Source: Camelus dromedarius
Taxonomy: Eukaryota
DNA: 64,000 nt
Direction: 5' to 3'
Assembly (NCBI RefSeq): GCF_036321535.1
Contig: NC_087436.1
Location: 79,982,001-80,046,000, forward strand
Part shown: one piece after another, positions 52,241 through 64,000 of the stretch
How the letters are laid out: every line of letters begins with the position of its first letter
Position numbering within the stretch: position 1 is the first letter of the stretch
Program-made: the position numbers and the translations under genes
The notes under the pieces: generated by a model
The model's database searches: none
Told to the model about the DNA's origin: nothing
What the model saw: the letters and a program-made list of their open reading frames with translations, nothing else

Positions 52241-54480
52241 TTGTATAAGCAATGATGAGAGGGTTGGAGAAAAATTTACAGAAATTGCTTACTAATCGTG
52301 ACACTGTATAAATCAATTTTCTTTTCAGACTGTATTTCAGGTTTGAAGTTACTACTTTCAAACGCCTAGAGGTAAAACATGGTTGCCAGTAGTGTTACTG
52401 GGAGCATTTTTACCTGAAATACAAGTTTAATTTGTTTGTAAAGAAGGGAAAGCTCTTTCCAGCCTAAAGCTCCTGCGAGGCTCAAGACAGCATCTGGAGT
52501 GGAGCGACTACAGTGGACTGAGAAGACAGTCCCTGGTCCAACTGCAGTAGCGAGCTCTGCTCTAATCATTCAGCTGAACAAACAAAACCCAGGATTTAGT
52601 TATTTTCCCAGAAACTAGATAAACAGCCACTTCCTTTTTGGTGTCTCTTTTTAAAGTAAGAGGGTCCACATCTCTCCTAATCATCACTTCACTCTATATT
52701 TCTATTTTAAAAGCTGGGTTTTTTTTTTTTTAAGATTTTGCTATTTTAAACATACAAATATCAGAGGCACATATGCTCTTTAAATAATATATGAATGTAA
52801 GTAATACACTGTTGTTTATATATAAATTTCAAACCACAACTTAACCCAATAGTCTGTTTGGGGCCAGTGGTACACCATTAGACTTATCTGATTGTACAGA
52901 CAGAAACCCACACAGTAAGGAATTGAAACTGGAGCAGGCTCAGAAATCATCAGTAATGTGGACAGCTCTGGAGACAGGCTGTTTCCTAGAGACTTTTTCA
53001 AGGACCACACAATTTCTCCCCATTTCATGATGTCTCAGTTTTTCTCTGCACATCCAATCTATTCTTCTCTGTTTTTTTGCCACCTGAGTTCTTCTGTCTT
53101 CTGATAGTCTCCATTCCTTTACAGCTTTGATTTACACATAAAACACTATGGGCTTTGTCTCACTTACATCATCTCCAAATTCACCGCTTGGTTTGAATCT
53201 TAGTATCTTTTCTGTTCAGTTCAAATTGGTGCAGAGAGAGGGAGATTTCTATATCTGATCAGCACAGCTTACTGCCTGCGGATTGTGAAATTATAGATTG
53301 GGAGGTCAGGTGCCGAGCCCCAGTCCACATGGGAGAGATCACACGGTACAAACCACTATCCCCTCTGCTACTCCATGTATTGAGTCCACAGGTTGGGTGG
53401 AGGGGGGAGCTGCTTCCATGAGAAGGGGTGGGGGAAAGCAGGCATCAGAAATATATCTAGTAAATACACTCAGAGAAACTAGGCCATAGCCAGGCAATAT
53501 TCTGTCATGGATGTTGTTTATTTGGTCTGTCCACTCTTTTGATCTAGGGTCTTGAATACAAATGTTGGTTGAGTTCATGTTGGCCAGATAGTGATATTTG
53601 ATGGGCATATTTTAGCACACAACTGAATAAATGTATCAAAAAGTTTCAAACTGAGAATGATACCTAGAATGAAATCATACCTAGAAACAAATGATGAACA
53701 ATTCACTAAACAGTAAATTTAAACCTAAGCAGAGTTGCATGTCATGGCTGCAAATATCATATTCATATAGCCACAGAACGGCTCCTAGTCTCACTTAATG
53801 AATCTGTTCCTCAAATGTGGAGTCCTTTGGGCTGTGAAATTTTTACATACTGTCATTTTTCTTTTGCCATCATTTTGATTGTGTCCTCTCTGCTGATTCA
53901 CACTGACATCCCTAAAAGTCCCTGTTAGGCTGACCACCTCCATGTGTCTAGGCTATATGAGCTGAAGTGTATCCTCAGGATCTGAGATGGCAATTTTTTA
54001 ATATTCACCCTTCAAAGCTCAATCTTATGAATTGTACCTCCGCGGCTGTAGATACTTCATTCTCTGTTCATTAATGCCGAGAACCACACAAATGATGCAG
54101 ATCTGCCAACTGCAACAGGCCCTCTTCCCTGTGTTGCTATGAGATACACATCCCTAGATTGTTTGGGCTTATTTTTCAATTTATATCTTTTTTACTGTGC
54201 AATACTTCAAACTTATAGAAAATGTGCAAGAACTGCATGAAGGAATTCCCAAATTCCTTCATCCAGATTACCAAATTGTTAACATGGTACCACATTCTCT
54301 CTCCCTCCTCTCTCTGTCTCTGTTATATATATATTTTCATTCATTCATTCGCATAGATTCATTCATTCTTCTGTCAATGAATATTTTGATCATTTTCTCT
54401 TTTCCTTGGCTATTACATAACACTGCAGTGACTATCATGTTTACATCTCCTTTTATACACGTACAAGAGTTTCTCTAGGG

Positions 54481-55876
54481 CAGTAGTTCTCAAAATGTGA
54501 TCCACAGACCTCTGGGAGTCCCCAAGAGTTCATGAGGTCAAAATTATTTTCGAGATAACACGAAGATATGAATGCCTTTGTCACAGTGTTGACATTTGTA
54601 CTGAAGGCACAAAAGCAATGGTGGGTAACACAGCTGTGCCTAGATCGAGGCAAGGACAGTGACAAGGAACCCTAGTTGTCGCAACACCCTTTACACCATG
54701 CAGTGCGGGAATTTTTTAATGCCAGCTTCTTTTTAAAATGTCTTGATGAAACTTTGATTTTATAAATTTATTAATTTTATTTTTCACTTATTAATTTTAT
54801 TTATTAATGTATTAGATCTCAACTCTTGAGTACACATCTTTTCAATATTCTGTGTGATGAAATGTAAAGAAGCATGAAGTATTTCTGCTGCAAATGAAGT
54901 AGGATATTTATCTAAACAAAAAGCACTTCCGTGATTGTTTGACACGAGAACCGGGCCTGCGCTCTTTCCACGGAACATCATTTCACTTGAAAGAATGACT
55001 AATTCGGAGTCAGGTATTTGGCCAACTCGAATATTTGAACAAACTGAGTTTGTGACTCTGAGGAAAACAACTAACAGTGTTTGTTGCCCCTACTAAAACT
55101 TGAAGTTTCAAATGAAATTCAACATTTTGGAGAATTTGTATCTGCCACCATGAGCTTCCCAATAGCTAAAGACTTTTCTGATAAGATCTGTGGGACTTTA
55201 ATCTTATTGTATAGTAAATGTATTAATATTTGGAATATCTGTGTAACTCAGGGAACCAGTATCTTCCAAATGACTAGTACATGATGTTATAAAATTACGT
55301 ATGGATTAAAGAAGCCCTGAAGGTCTGAGACAGGCTAATGCACTGGAATCCAATCAAGTGCAAAATGTTTACTAATATGATTTCAAATTTCACATTGCCA
55401 CTAATCTTTAAGAAATTAATGCATGTTGAGTTTTGATGTGACATCAAAAAAAATCCATAATTATCAGCTATTAAAATAATACTTTCTTCTCTAACTACAC
55501 ATCTGTGGGAAGCTAGATTTTCTTCACAGGCATTAACAAAACAACATATTGCAGCAGACTTAATGCAGAAGGGGACCTGAGAATCCAGCTATCTTCCATT
55601 ACGCCATATCAGAAAGAAATGCGTAAATAAATTTTTAGAAATGTCACTCTATTCTTCTGTGTTTGGGTTCTAGCAAACACAGTTATTTTAAAATGTTATT
55701 TATATTACTATGTAATAGATTTGTTTCTAAATTAATTAATTAATCTGTCTTTTAAATCCTCAGCTTTAAATTCTAATATGGTAGATGTAACTCACATAAG
55801 CAAGAGCTATTTTGGGTTCTCAATAATTTTTAAGAGTGTAAGGGGCTTCTGAGACTGGAAAGTTTGTAGATTGCTT
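54481..55876. mobile_element. Charlie1-like hAT DNA transposon (non-autonomous, about 1.4 kb) inside an old antisense L1
   Basis: Left TIR CAGTAGTTCTCAAA and right end GAGTGTAAGGGG...GAGAC...AAAGTTTG. 8-bp TSD CTCTAGGG (54473-54480) / CTCTAGGC (55877-55884) fits the Charlie NTCTAGAN target preference. The flanks rejoin as an L1M sequence. Confidence 0.88.
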
Positions 55877-58024
55877 CTCTAGGCTATAAATCTGGAAATG
55901 AATTTGTGAAGCTGTAGGCTATGCATGTCTTCAACATAGCTGGATGATGTCAAGTTGCTCCCCCCATCCAATTTTGAATTATAGATCTACATATGTAAGT
56001 TGGGAGATGATCGCTTAATTGAATTAGCATAAAGCGTCCTCGGCATGAACTAATTAGTTATTAAGCAGAAACTGTTTACGTATATTTCAGAAACTATTTA
56101 AGACAGCATTTAAACAACTTGGTGCCACTAAAAGCCATCTATTTTTATTATTAAATAAAAGAAAGATTCAAAGAGGATCAAGTCTTTTTGAATAAGTATA
56201 CTGGTTAAATGTATCTAAAGATGTTAAATTTCATTGCAATATTTTATTAATAATTAAGTCAAACAGGTATCCTAGACAACCAGTAAATTGAAAATACTAT
56301 ATATTTCTCCTGTGTAGCTACAATATATAATTATTCATGGAGCCTATGCACTGATTAAAAGAGATGCAGTGATTAAAAGCATGTGGTCTATTACCATGTA
56401 AAATAGGTTTGGGATTAATTCTACAACTGTTTGATATTTAAAATGAGTGTGTAATTCAGTATATTAAAGAGTTTTTATGTATATACAATAGGAAACTATT
56501 TAAGATTTCTTAACATTAAATATAATGCCAGAAGGAGGCAGAAAGAAATTATATTAATTCTCCCAGAGCCAGACATTATAATAAGCTGAATCATACACGT
56601 TTTAATTTTAAATTTATGGGTTAAAAAGAATGAAAGCCCTTGGGACTAGATGGGATGAGATAAGATTACAGTCCCAACAGGGAACTTTTTGGAGATTTTT
56701 TCCACAGACATCGTATCACCAAGACCTCATGGAAGAAACGGTCTTTCAGTCATATCTGCTGAAGTCACAGAGAATTTTATCATGTCTGATGTATAATGAA
56801 ATGTTAATGTGATTTTTCCTGACTGACAGAATTCTAAGTTGTGATTCATTTCCAACATCAGTCCTCACGCATTATCACACTGATTATCCAGTGCTTATAA
56901 TCAGAGCTTGTTTTCCAAATGGCAGCTGAATGCATGGGAGTAATGAACCTTCTCATTTACAGGAGTTTTCTTTAGAGAGTAATATTCACTGGACTCTGTA
57001 TTCACTGAACTAAACTTTAAACATATGGAGAAAAGGGTTTAGTAGATAATCCTTAAGGATTCATTAGAATCCTTGCCCCTCGTCTTCCCACCTCTAACTC
57101 CCCTTCAGATTCAGAAATGACGTGACAATATTTTTAAGTATTGTTCTTTATGAAAATCATAATCATTAAGATATTTATAGTAGTGAGAACATACTCTCAC
57201 TATATATATATATATATTTTACATATTTCATATATACATGAAATTTACCTCAATAAACGGCCTAAATTAGTGGCAGAGATAGTCTTAGCTAGAAATGTTC
57301 AGCATAAATTGAGGCCTAAAATTGCACCCAGAGAAAATGTATCTGACACTCGAAGACCAAGTGTCCATGCAGGAACCCAAGGGAGCTGTGCAGACAGATG
57401 AGAAGGGAGTCTCCACACACCAATGAGGAAGTGACTCCATCCCACCTCTTTTCTGCAGGGTGGACCCCAAACTGGTTCAGGTTTGAAGCTAGGACCTCAG
57501 AAATCATATACACAACTGAGGGAACAAGGACATTCAGGAAGCCACCCAATGGGAGTAGCTTCACGGCTCTCCTCCTGGGGATTCTGTGAGGGACGCCTAC
57601 TAGCAAGTCCACCTGCAAACCTAGGACAGCTGCTCAGACTGTCATGTGTGGGCCTGGCTGGCTGGCAACACGGCTGAGGAAGCCAAGAGCTGGAAAAGTG
57701 ATTGAAAGGCTCCCCCACCTCCTTCACATCTTCTTTGTTCATCTCTAGGTAAACAGAGGTAAGAATACATCTTAAAACATCATTGCTTTTTTTCTCATTT
57801 GTGTCTTAAAACAATCTTGAAGAATTACTGCTCATCAGGGAGACGATAAAGAACCTGGAATGCTTAAGCGGCATCTTGTTATTCAGAGCTCAATTTTCAC
57901 GTCGCCCATCAGGGGCCTTCCTTGACCACGCAACCCACTCTCTGTCACGCCATCTGATTTTAGTTCTCTGCAGAGAGGGTATCATCATTTGACACAGTTC
58001 CTGTTTATTTGTTAGATGGTGAGA

Positions 58025-58262
58025 TTAGTGCAGACGTCATGAACGCAGAGACGGAGTCAGGTTGCCTGGATAAGAATCCTGGTCCTCCAACCTAACAGCT
58101 ATAAATAAGCAAGGCTCTCTGCCTCACTTTCCTCTTCCAAAAATTGGGATAATAATTTCATTACATCACGGGATTTGAGGAGAATCACACTGGTTAATAG
58201 ACGGGTAAAGTCCTAGATTCGAGGCAGGCACAGAGTGAACGTAACAAATGTGAGCTTTCATT
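58025..58262 (+). mobile_element. MIR SINE, nested in an L2 fragment
   Basis: GGAGTCAGGTTGCCTGG...CTCTGCCTCACTTTCCTC...TGGGATAATAAT. Confidence 0.65.
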
Positions 58263-59484
58263 CTTTGTTTGCATGGTGGCTGTCCCGTGTCACTTGCCTG
58301 CCTTGGTGACCTAGAATGATGCCTGGAGCACACATGAGATTTTCTATAAATACGTTATTAATTAATGAGTCTTAATTAGGGTTTTGAGATTTAAACCCAA
58401 CTCAATAGACATGAAGATGGCCTGAATTGATGAAGTAGCAAACTCAACAGTTCACAGTAAACAATGAGCATCTACTGTCTATGGTTGCCCAGAATATTGA
58501 CTCTACTCTTCCTTGCTTTCATTGCTAAGAAATTACCCTAGTGGTTTTCTGCCCCATATGCTCTGTGTACCTGATCACCTCATTTCCTGTCATTATGAAA
58601 GACTGAGTCAAATCCATGCCACACCACTTGGGCCACCTCAGAATCTACAGTGGAAATCTTCCTGTGTTCTTTCTCCCTTACACTTTCTCTTGCAGTTATT
58701 TCTCTGTGCACCACGGCTATTTATTTCCACTATTATCTTCCCTTAAAAAAAAAGTTCTAATTATCAGGCTCACGTGAAAATGCCACAGGACTATCAAAAG
58801 TGTATGCGTATATGTTTTACCCAGACAAGCTTTCAATATACCCTGAGCTGCCTTCAACTCTAAGTTGCCCTTTTCTCAGTCAGTTGGACCAGGCAGGTTA
58901 TTAATAATTCCAAATTAAATCAGGGGCTCGAATGGAATAAAAACTGGTATTGAAAATAGATCCATCTCCTCAAATGACCAGATTCGAGATAATCGCATTA
59001 CCATTCCCTCTCCATATTCAAGTAGTTCTGTGAAATGCCTCAGTCACTGGTAGACTTGATTGAAGGCCCACATCTTCGTTCAGATCAGAGATTATTGCGT
59101 GGAGGGGATCTATGGCCCAGGGGTATTCATGAGGATCTCAGAAGGCACAGGCTTGTGGGACAGTCAGAAGCCCCAAGGAAACTGTTTCCATCAATAGAGG
59201 AGAAAGTGCCAGAAAATTGTGGGTGACAACAGAGACCAACACAGATCCCTGAAAGGAAATAGAACCAAGACAGGAGAAGCCGGAGTCTTGTTATGAAAAT
59301 AATAAGTCAGCTAGGAAATAATTGTATCACTGAAACTTCATAACCTTAAATGAACATACGATGTCATTACCACGCCATAGGAACCAGGAAGCACTCCTAA
59401 CAGCAGCTGATGAGGTCTCCCACACTGATTTTAATGGTTTGCTTCCTGGGTCTTTTCTTAATCAGCTTGTGATTAGTTTAACAG

Positions 59485-60040
59485 ATATTTATTGAAAGCC
59501 CACTATGAACCAGGCACATCCTGACCCTTGGGATACAGTGGTGAGCACAACTAGATGCCACTCTGCCCGAACTGAGCTCACAGTTTGTTGGGAAAGACCG
59601 AGACTACATCTGTCAAACAGCTGCTCGATCACATGTAAAACTGGAAGTGGGAAAGCGCTATGAAGGAGAAGGAAATGGTATTCTAAGAGCACCAATGGTA
59701 TTCTAAGGCAGATCACAGAAGGCTTCCCTGGGAAAGCAAAACTTGAACTTAAAACTGAAGGCAGAGTAGAGGCTAAGTGGGTGAAAGTGGGAGCAGGGAG
59801 CAGGTGGCCTCATAGGCTGAAGGAAGAGTACATGCAAATGCCCTGTGGCAGGGGAGATCACGTGGAATACAAGGAACTGAAAGAAGGCCAGGTTCACTGA
59901 AGACAAGAGAGGAACAGAGTGTGGCGTGTGTGATGAAGCAAGAGAGATACGCAGTGACAAGACTGTTCAGGGCCCCGTCAGTCTTCTTAAGGAGCTTTTG
60001 CTTTAGTTTAAGAGCAATGGGAAGCCTCTGAAGAGTGATA
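59485..60040 (-). mobile_element. L2 fragment
   Basis: ATATTTATTGAAAGCCCACTATGAACCAGGCAC...GAAGGCTTCCCTGGG...CATGCAAATGCCCTGTGGCAGG...GAGCAATGGGAAGCC. Confidence 0.8.
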
Positions 60041-62847
60041 TTACACCTCCACCCCATGATTACACCATCATCCCATCTGCCACTTTGTGTATTTAAGGCA
60101 ACATCATATTAGACTCAATCTGGTGAATAAGCATGAAAGCAACTCGTGGGATTTGAACAAGTTGAAATTGGAAATCCCCAATCAAGACTCCTGTGGGCAA
60201 TGGGAATGAACCTGAAGAGTAAGGCAAAATCCTGTGGATCAGAACCACTTGGATGTTATCCTGGATAAAATCCACAGAGATCCCACAGATTACACCTCCC
60301 AGGCTTCCCCTCTCCCAACCATTCAGCCGTTTGAGGATTTTCTTATGTCCCGGCCCTCTGAATGTCCATCACAACTGCAGAAGTAAAGTGAATGGTAGTA
60401 AGAAATTGATTTAAGGTCTGCCCTAGGGTAAAATAATGATTCATTGACGTTCGTAGCATTTTATTGTAAGTGTGGTGGAAATGATTATTATCTTTAATGG
60501 TTAACTGAGTAATTGATTATTGATAAATGAGTACTCTATTCAAGCCAGGATCCATCTTACATCCCCTGAAAAGGGATGATGTTCCTACTCTTTTAATGAC
60601 CATTAAGTGGTAAATAAGGAAGTGGAAATGTTTCATAACTTACATATTAAGTATCTTTGGTCATTTAACCGCCTCTACAATGTGAGCAATAAGGCAGCTG
60701 GGGGTAGGTAGCCGACTTAAGGAAGGATCAATGACTGTTTTTCAGAGTTTTATTGAAAGTGCATTATAGATTGTCTTGCTTTTAACATTATTACTTCATT
60801 GAATAACGATATATGAGTAGGCTATGGGGAAAAATTAGTATACAGCTATGTAAGGCGATCTGTGTGACAGAATGAGAATTACATAGTAAAATGGCCTTCA
60901 GAGAAAATTTCAACCTCCCCCCGACTACCACTCTCTCTGTTCAGGGCGAGCAGAGTTGGCCATTGGAAAAACAGCAGAATGGATGGAGTCTGTCTTCGTG
61001 TTCCATCTACCTCCTTTTTTGTGCACCCCTGTTTACCATCTCATGTCCTTTCACAGCTCCCCACCTGAACCCCTATGTTGCCATCTTATACCCAGACTCA
61101 CCCCCACAGACAACTGCCACATGTCACTGAGGCTAACAAGTCACATAAATTTCCTCCGTGCTGTGATTTCTTCCACAACCACAATTCTCGCTCACAGCTC
61201 CCATGCCTTCTTTGTTCTGATCTCAGTTAAGCCTTAACTTTAAAAGGATATAATTTAACCAATTTCTACTACTTCCCATTTAACCTGACTGGTAGAAGCT
61301 TCATTTTAATAAAAAATGTATTTAATATATTTCTGATGAGGGGAATTTCAGGTGGTTAAACAAAGTGATATGAAGTTTCACGAGACTATGTATTAGGGCA
61401 GATGGAGGGAACACAGGGGGACTATGTGTTGCTGAACATGGCTATCAAAGGTGCGATTAAATGGAGATCTCAGAGTTCAGCAGACTTGGGTTCAAGTCCT
61501 GGCTCACTCCATAATAGCTGGGCCACCTCAAAGCCTCAGATTCATCTATAAAATGGTTTTTACTGTCTCATGAGATCAGAGTGAGCATTAGATAAAATCA
61601 CATGTGTATGTTGCTTAGTACAACCTACAGCAGCTGGGCACACGTGCGCACACACACAAACACAAATTATCGCTAGCATTTTCACATGGGCAAGTGGGTT
61701 ACCAAAGCTTCTAAATAAGGACCAGTGTGGACGAGCGATAATCATCCGATTTTTCCCGATAATCCCAAGGAAGCATTGAGTGGGCTAACCAAGAGCTTAG
61801 TAAGAAAGGAAAGGCCTGCCTAGAGTTGGAACATCTGAGCATGACTGTTTACAAAACAGCCACCCTTGACTCCAAGTCTAATCTGAAACGTCACTGGAGA
61901 ACCATGAACTTTTTAGAGGCACTCTCTTTGCTTTGGCCTTGGCCTCCAAATGCAACGGCATTGGTACTAGCCTGTTAACCTCTCTAGAATAATCTGAGAG
62001 TTCATTCAATATCCACATTTATGTGGTGCCACATATTTATGTGAACCAGAGAATGATTCCAAGTAAGTAGGATATTTCCATTTTTCGTGGGTCACGATGA
62101 TACAATCACCAAAAGACCAGTTTCTCTGAAATACCTCCTCTTAGAGGAGTAGCCATCAGTATTTCTACCTATCACGTCTTTTGATCCTTTAAAAGATCAG
62201 TAGTGTTTCCTAACTATTTGCGTTAGCCCTAGCATGTAAAAAGTTTACCGCCTCCTGTCCTTTCCTTCCCCTAATCCTAAACACAGCAACAGTGGCTGGA
62301 GCTTTGGTCTTTTCTTCACCCTAAGTCCTTCTCCCTTCAATCACTCCTGAAGCCCATGGTAAATGATAAGATAGTTTGATTGGGGTTGGAAAATATTGAT
62401 TTAGTACATCTCCTCTAAGACCATTTCTGGAAGAAAAAATGTTTATAATTTAATGTTCCAAATATACCATCTTTTTTCAAAGTGAGAGGAGGCAGAATCT
62501 AGCCATAAATTCATTACTTCTAACCCTTGACCCCGAGGCTTCAAGCCATCCATAGATCACACAGCAGAGAGTCAAAGTTCAGAGTCCCTTTAAATCATAC
62601 ATAGCAGTTACTCTTCTAATAGTCTATTGAAAAGAGCCACCAATCTACTTTAAATGAAAGGAAAAGAAGTCCATATTTACCACCGCCCCACTGCCACGCA
62701 GTACCTGCACTGAACCAGGAAAAGGCATGGAGAGCGGGCGTGGGAGAAAATGGAAGGAGTGGGAAGGTTGGCAGTCGTAGGGAGAGGGGATAAGGGCATC
62801 ACATTAGGTGACTGTACAACAATGCACTTCCCCAGGGTGTTCACCCA

Positions 62848-63058
62848 CGGCAGCAGTATTCAAATTGTGTCCTCTGTAGCTCAGGGATTCTGTAGAGGTG
62901 CCCAACAAAAGGCCCAAGGAAAGGCTAGACAAGTAGATCTAGGGCATCTCTTACAACTAGAACAGCTTTGCTTTTATTACCTGGCATCCATATATATAAC
63001 ACCATACTAGAAAGAAAAATAAGAGTTCTATTTCTAAAAAAATATTTGAGACTCACTG
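62848..63058. mobile_element. Possible hAT-Charlie MITE remnant
   Basis: Imperfect TIR-like ends CAGCAGTATTCAAA / TTTGAGACTCACTG. Confidence 0.4.
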
Positions 63059-63179
63059 ATACAAGGTTCTAGAGGATTATCTGTTGGCCTCAGTAGCCAG
63101 AAATAAAGAGAGAAACATATGGGATGGTCTTTGAGACATTTTTAAAATTGCTATACTTTGGTTATCAAACTTGAGATGA

Positions 63180-63815
63180 TAAAAAGTACATAATAGCTAA
63201 CATGTATCAAGTGCTTACCATGTTCCCAGCACTATGCTAAGGGCTTCACGTTGATAAGTATCATAACAATACAAAGAGGCAGGTTACATTATGGTCCCCA
63301 TTGGGCAAGTAGGAAAACCTAGGCTCAGAGAGGCTAAGCTGTGTCCAAGTTTGTCCAAAAGGACCAAACAGGGTAGGATAACTGTTGAGACAACTTCAAA
63401 ATCTCAGTGGCTTAACACAGAGGCTTAGGTCGTATTCACATATCAGTTCAGTAAAGATGTCTGGTTGGTGGTCCTCCAGGGCGATTCAGGGACCTAGGCT
63501 TCTTCAATCTTGTGAAACATTCCCTAGAATCTCAGAGGCCGCTGCTAGATTTCTGCATCTGGTCACCAGACAGATAGCAGATTAGAGTATTGCATGGGAT
63601 GTTTTTTAGGGCCAGACCTAGACGTGGGATGCATAATTCTGCCCGCATTCCTTTGGTCAGAACTCATCACAAGGGTGTGTCCAGCTCTAATGGAAGTTGG
63701 GAAATGTAGTTTGGCTACATGCCCAGGAGAAAAGGGAAATTTGTTCTTGTCAGTCTCTACACAATGATAGGGCCAGGATTCAAACTTAGGAGCCTTGAAT
63801 CTTCCAGGGCCCACT
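63180..63815 (-). mobile_element. MIR interrupted by a MaLR LTR (MLT1J/K-like, about 63345-63762)
   Basis: MIR part: TAGCTAACATGTATCAAGTGCTTACCATG...AGGCTCAGAGAGGCTAAG, resuming at GCCAGGATTCAAAC. LTR part: AAAATCTCAGTGGCTTAACACA...GGCGATTCAGGGACCTAGGCT...GGAAATGTAGT. Confidence 0.7.
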
Positions 63816-63921
63816 ACAGTATGGAATTAACTTGTCTCCAGTCATAAAATAAGCATTATGAATTATGACCTCTGGCATTATCATTACAGATTCTGGATAA
63901 TCCCTAAGAACAGTGCACAGT

Positions 63922-64000
63922 ACATTCATTCATTTATCCATTCAACATTTATTAAACACTAAATACCAGGCAGATATTCATTCATTCATTTATTCAAAAT
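63922..64000 (-). mobile_element. L2 3' end / (ATTC)n
   Basis: CATTCATTCATTTATCCATTCAACATTTATTAAACACT...CCAGGCA. Confidence 0.65.

Overview
Mammalian intergenic or intronic DNA, AT-rich and dense in interspersed repeats. A tRNA-derived SINE resembling the camelid vic-1 type suggests a camelid host (inference from recalled consensus). I found no host protein-coding exon I can recognise. The only real long ORF is a young LINE-1 insertion at about 36444-40400 (+). It is 5'-truncated inside the ORF2 endonuclease domain, its frame is open for 1209 codons, and it has a 12-bp target-site duplication (TSD). Other content: a degraded ERV-L LTR with PBS and gag remnant, an ERV1-type solo LTR, several MaLR/ERVL LTRs, hAT-Charlie elements (a Charlie1-like copy with 8-bp TSD, and MER33), old L1M, L2 and MIR fragments, a 716-bp compound (GAAA)n polypurine tract, a perfect 80-bp tandem duplication, and a probable tail-only retroposition scar. 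Repeat family names come from memory of consensus sequences, not from a database search, and many old-repeat boundaries are approximate. I found no convincing novel biological system. The best leads are the intact, EN-truncated L1 ORF2 with a splice-acceptor-like junction and a few recent structural variants.
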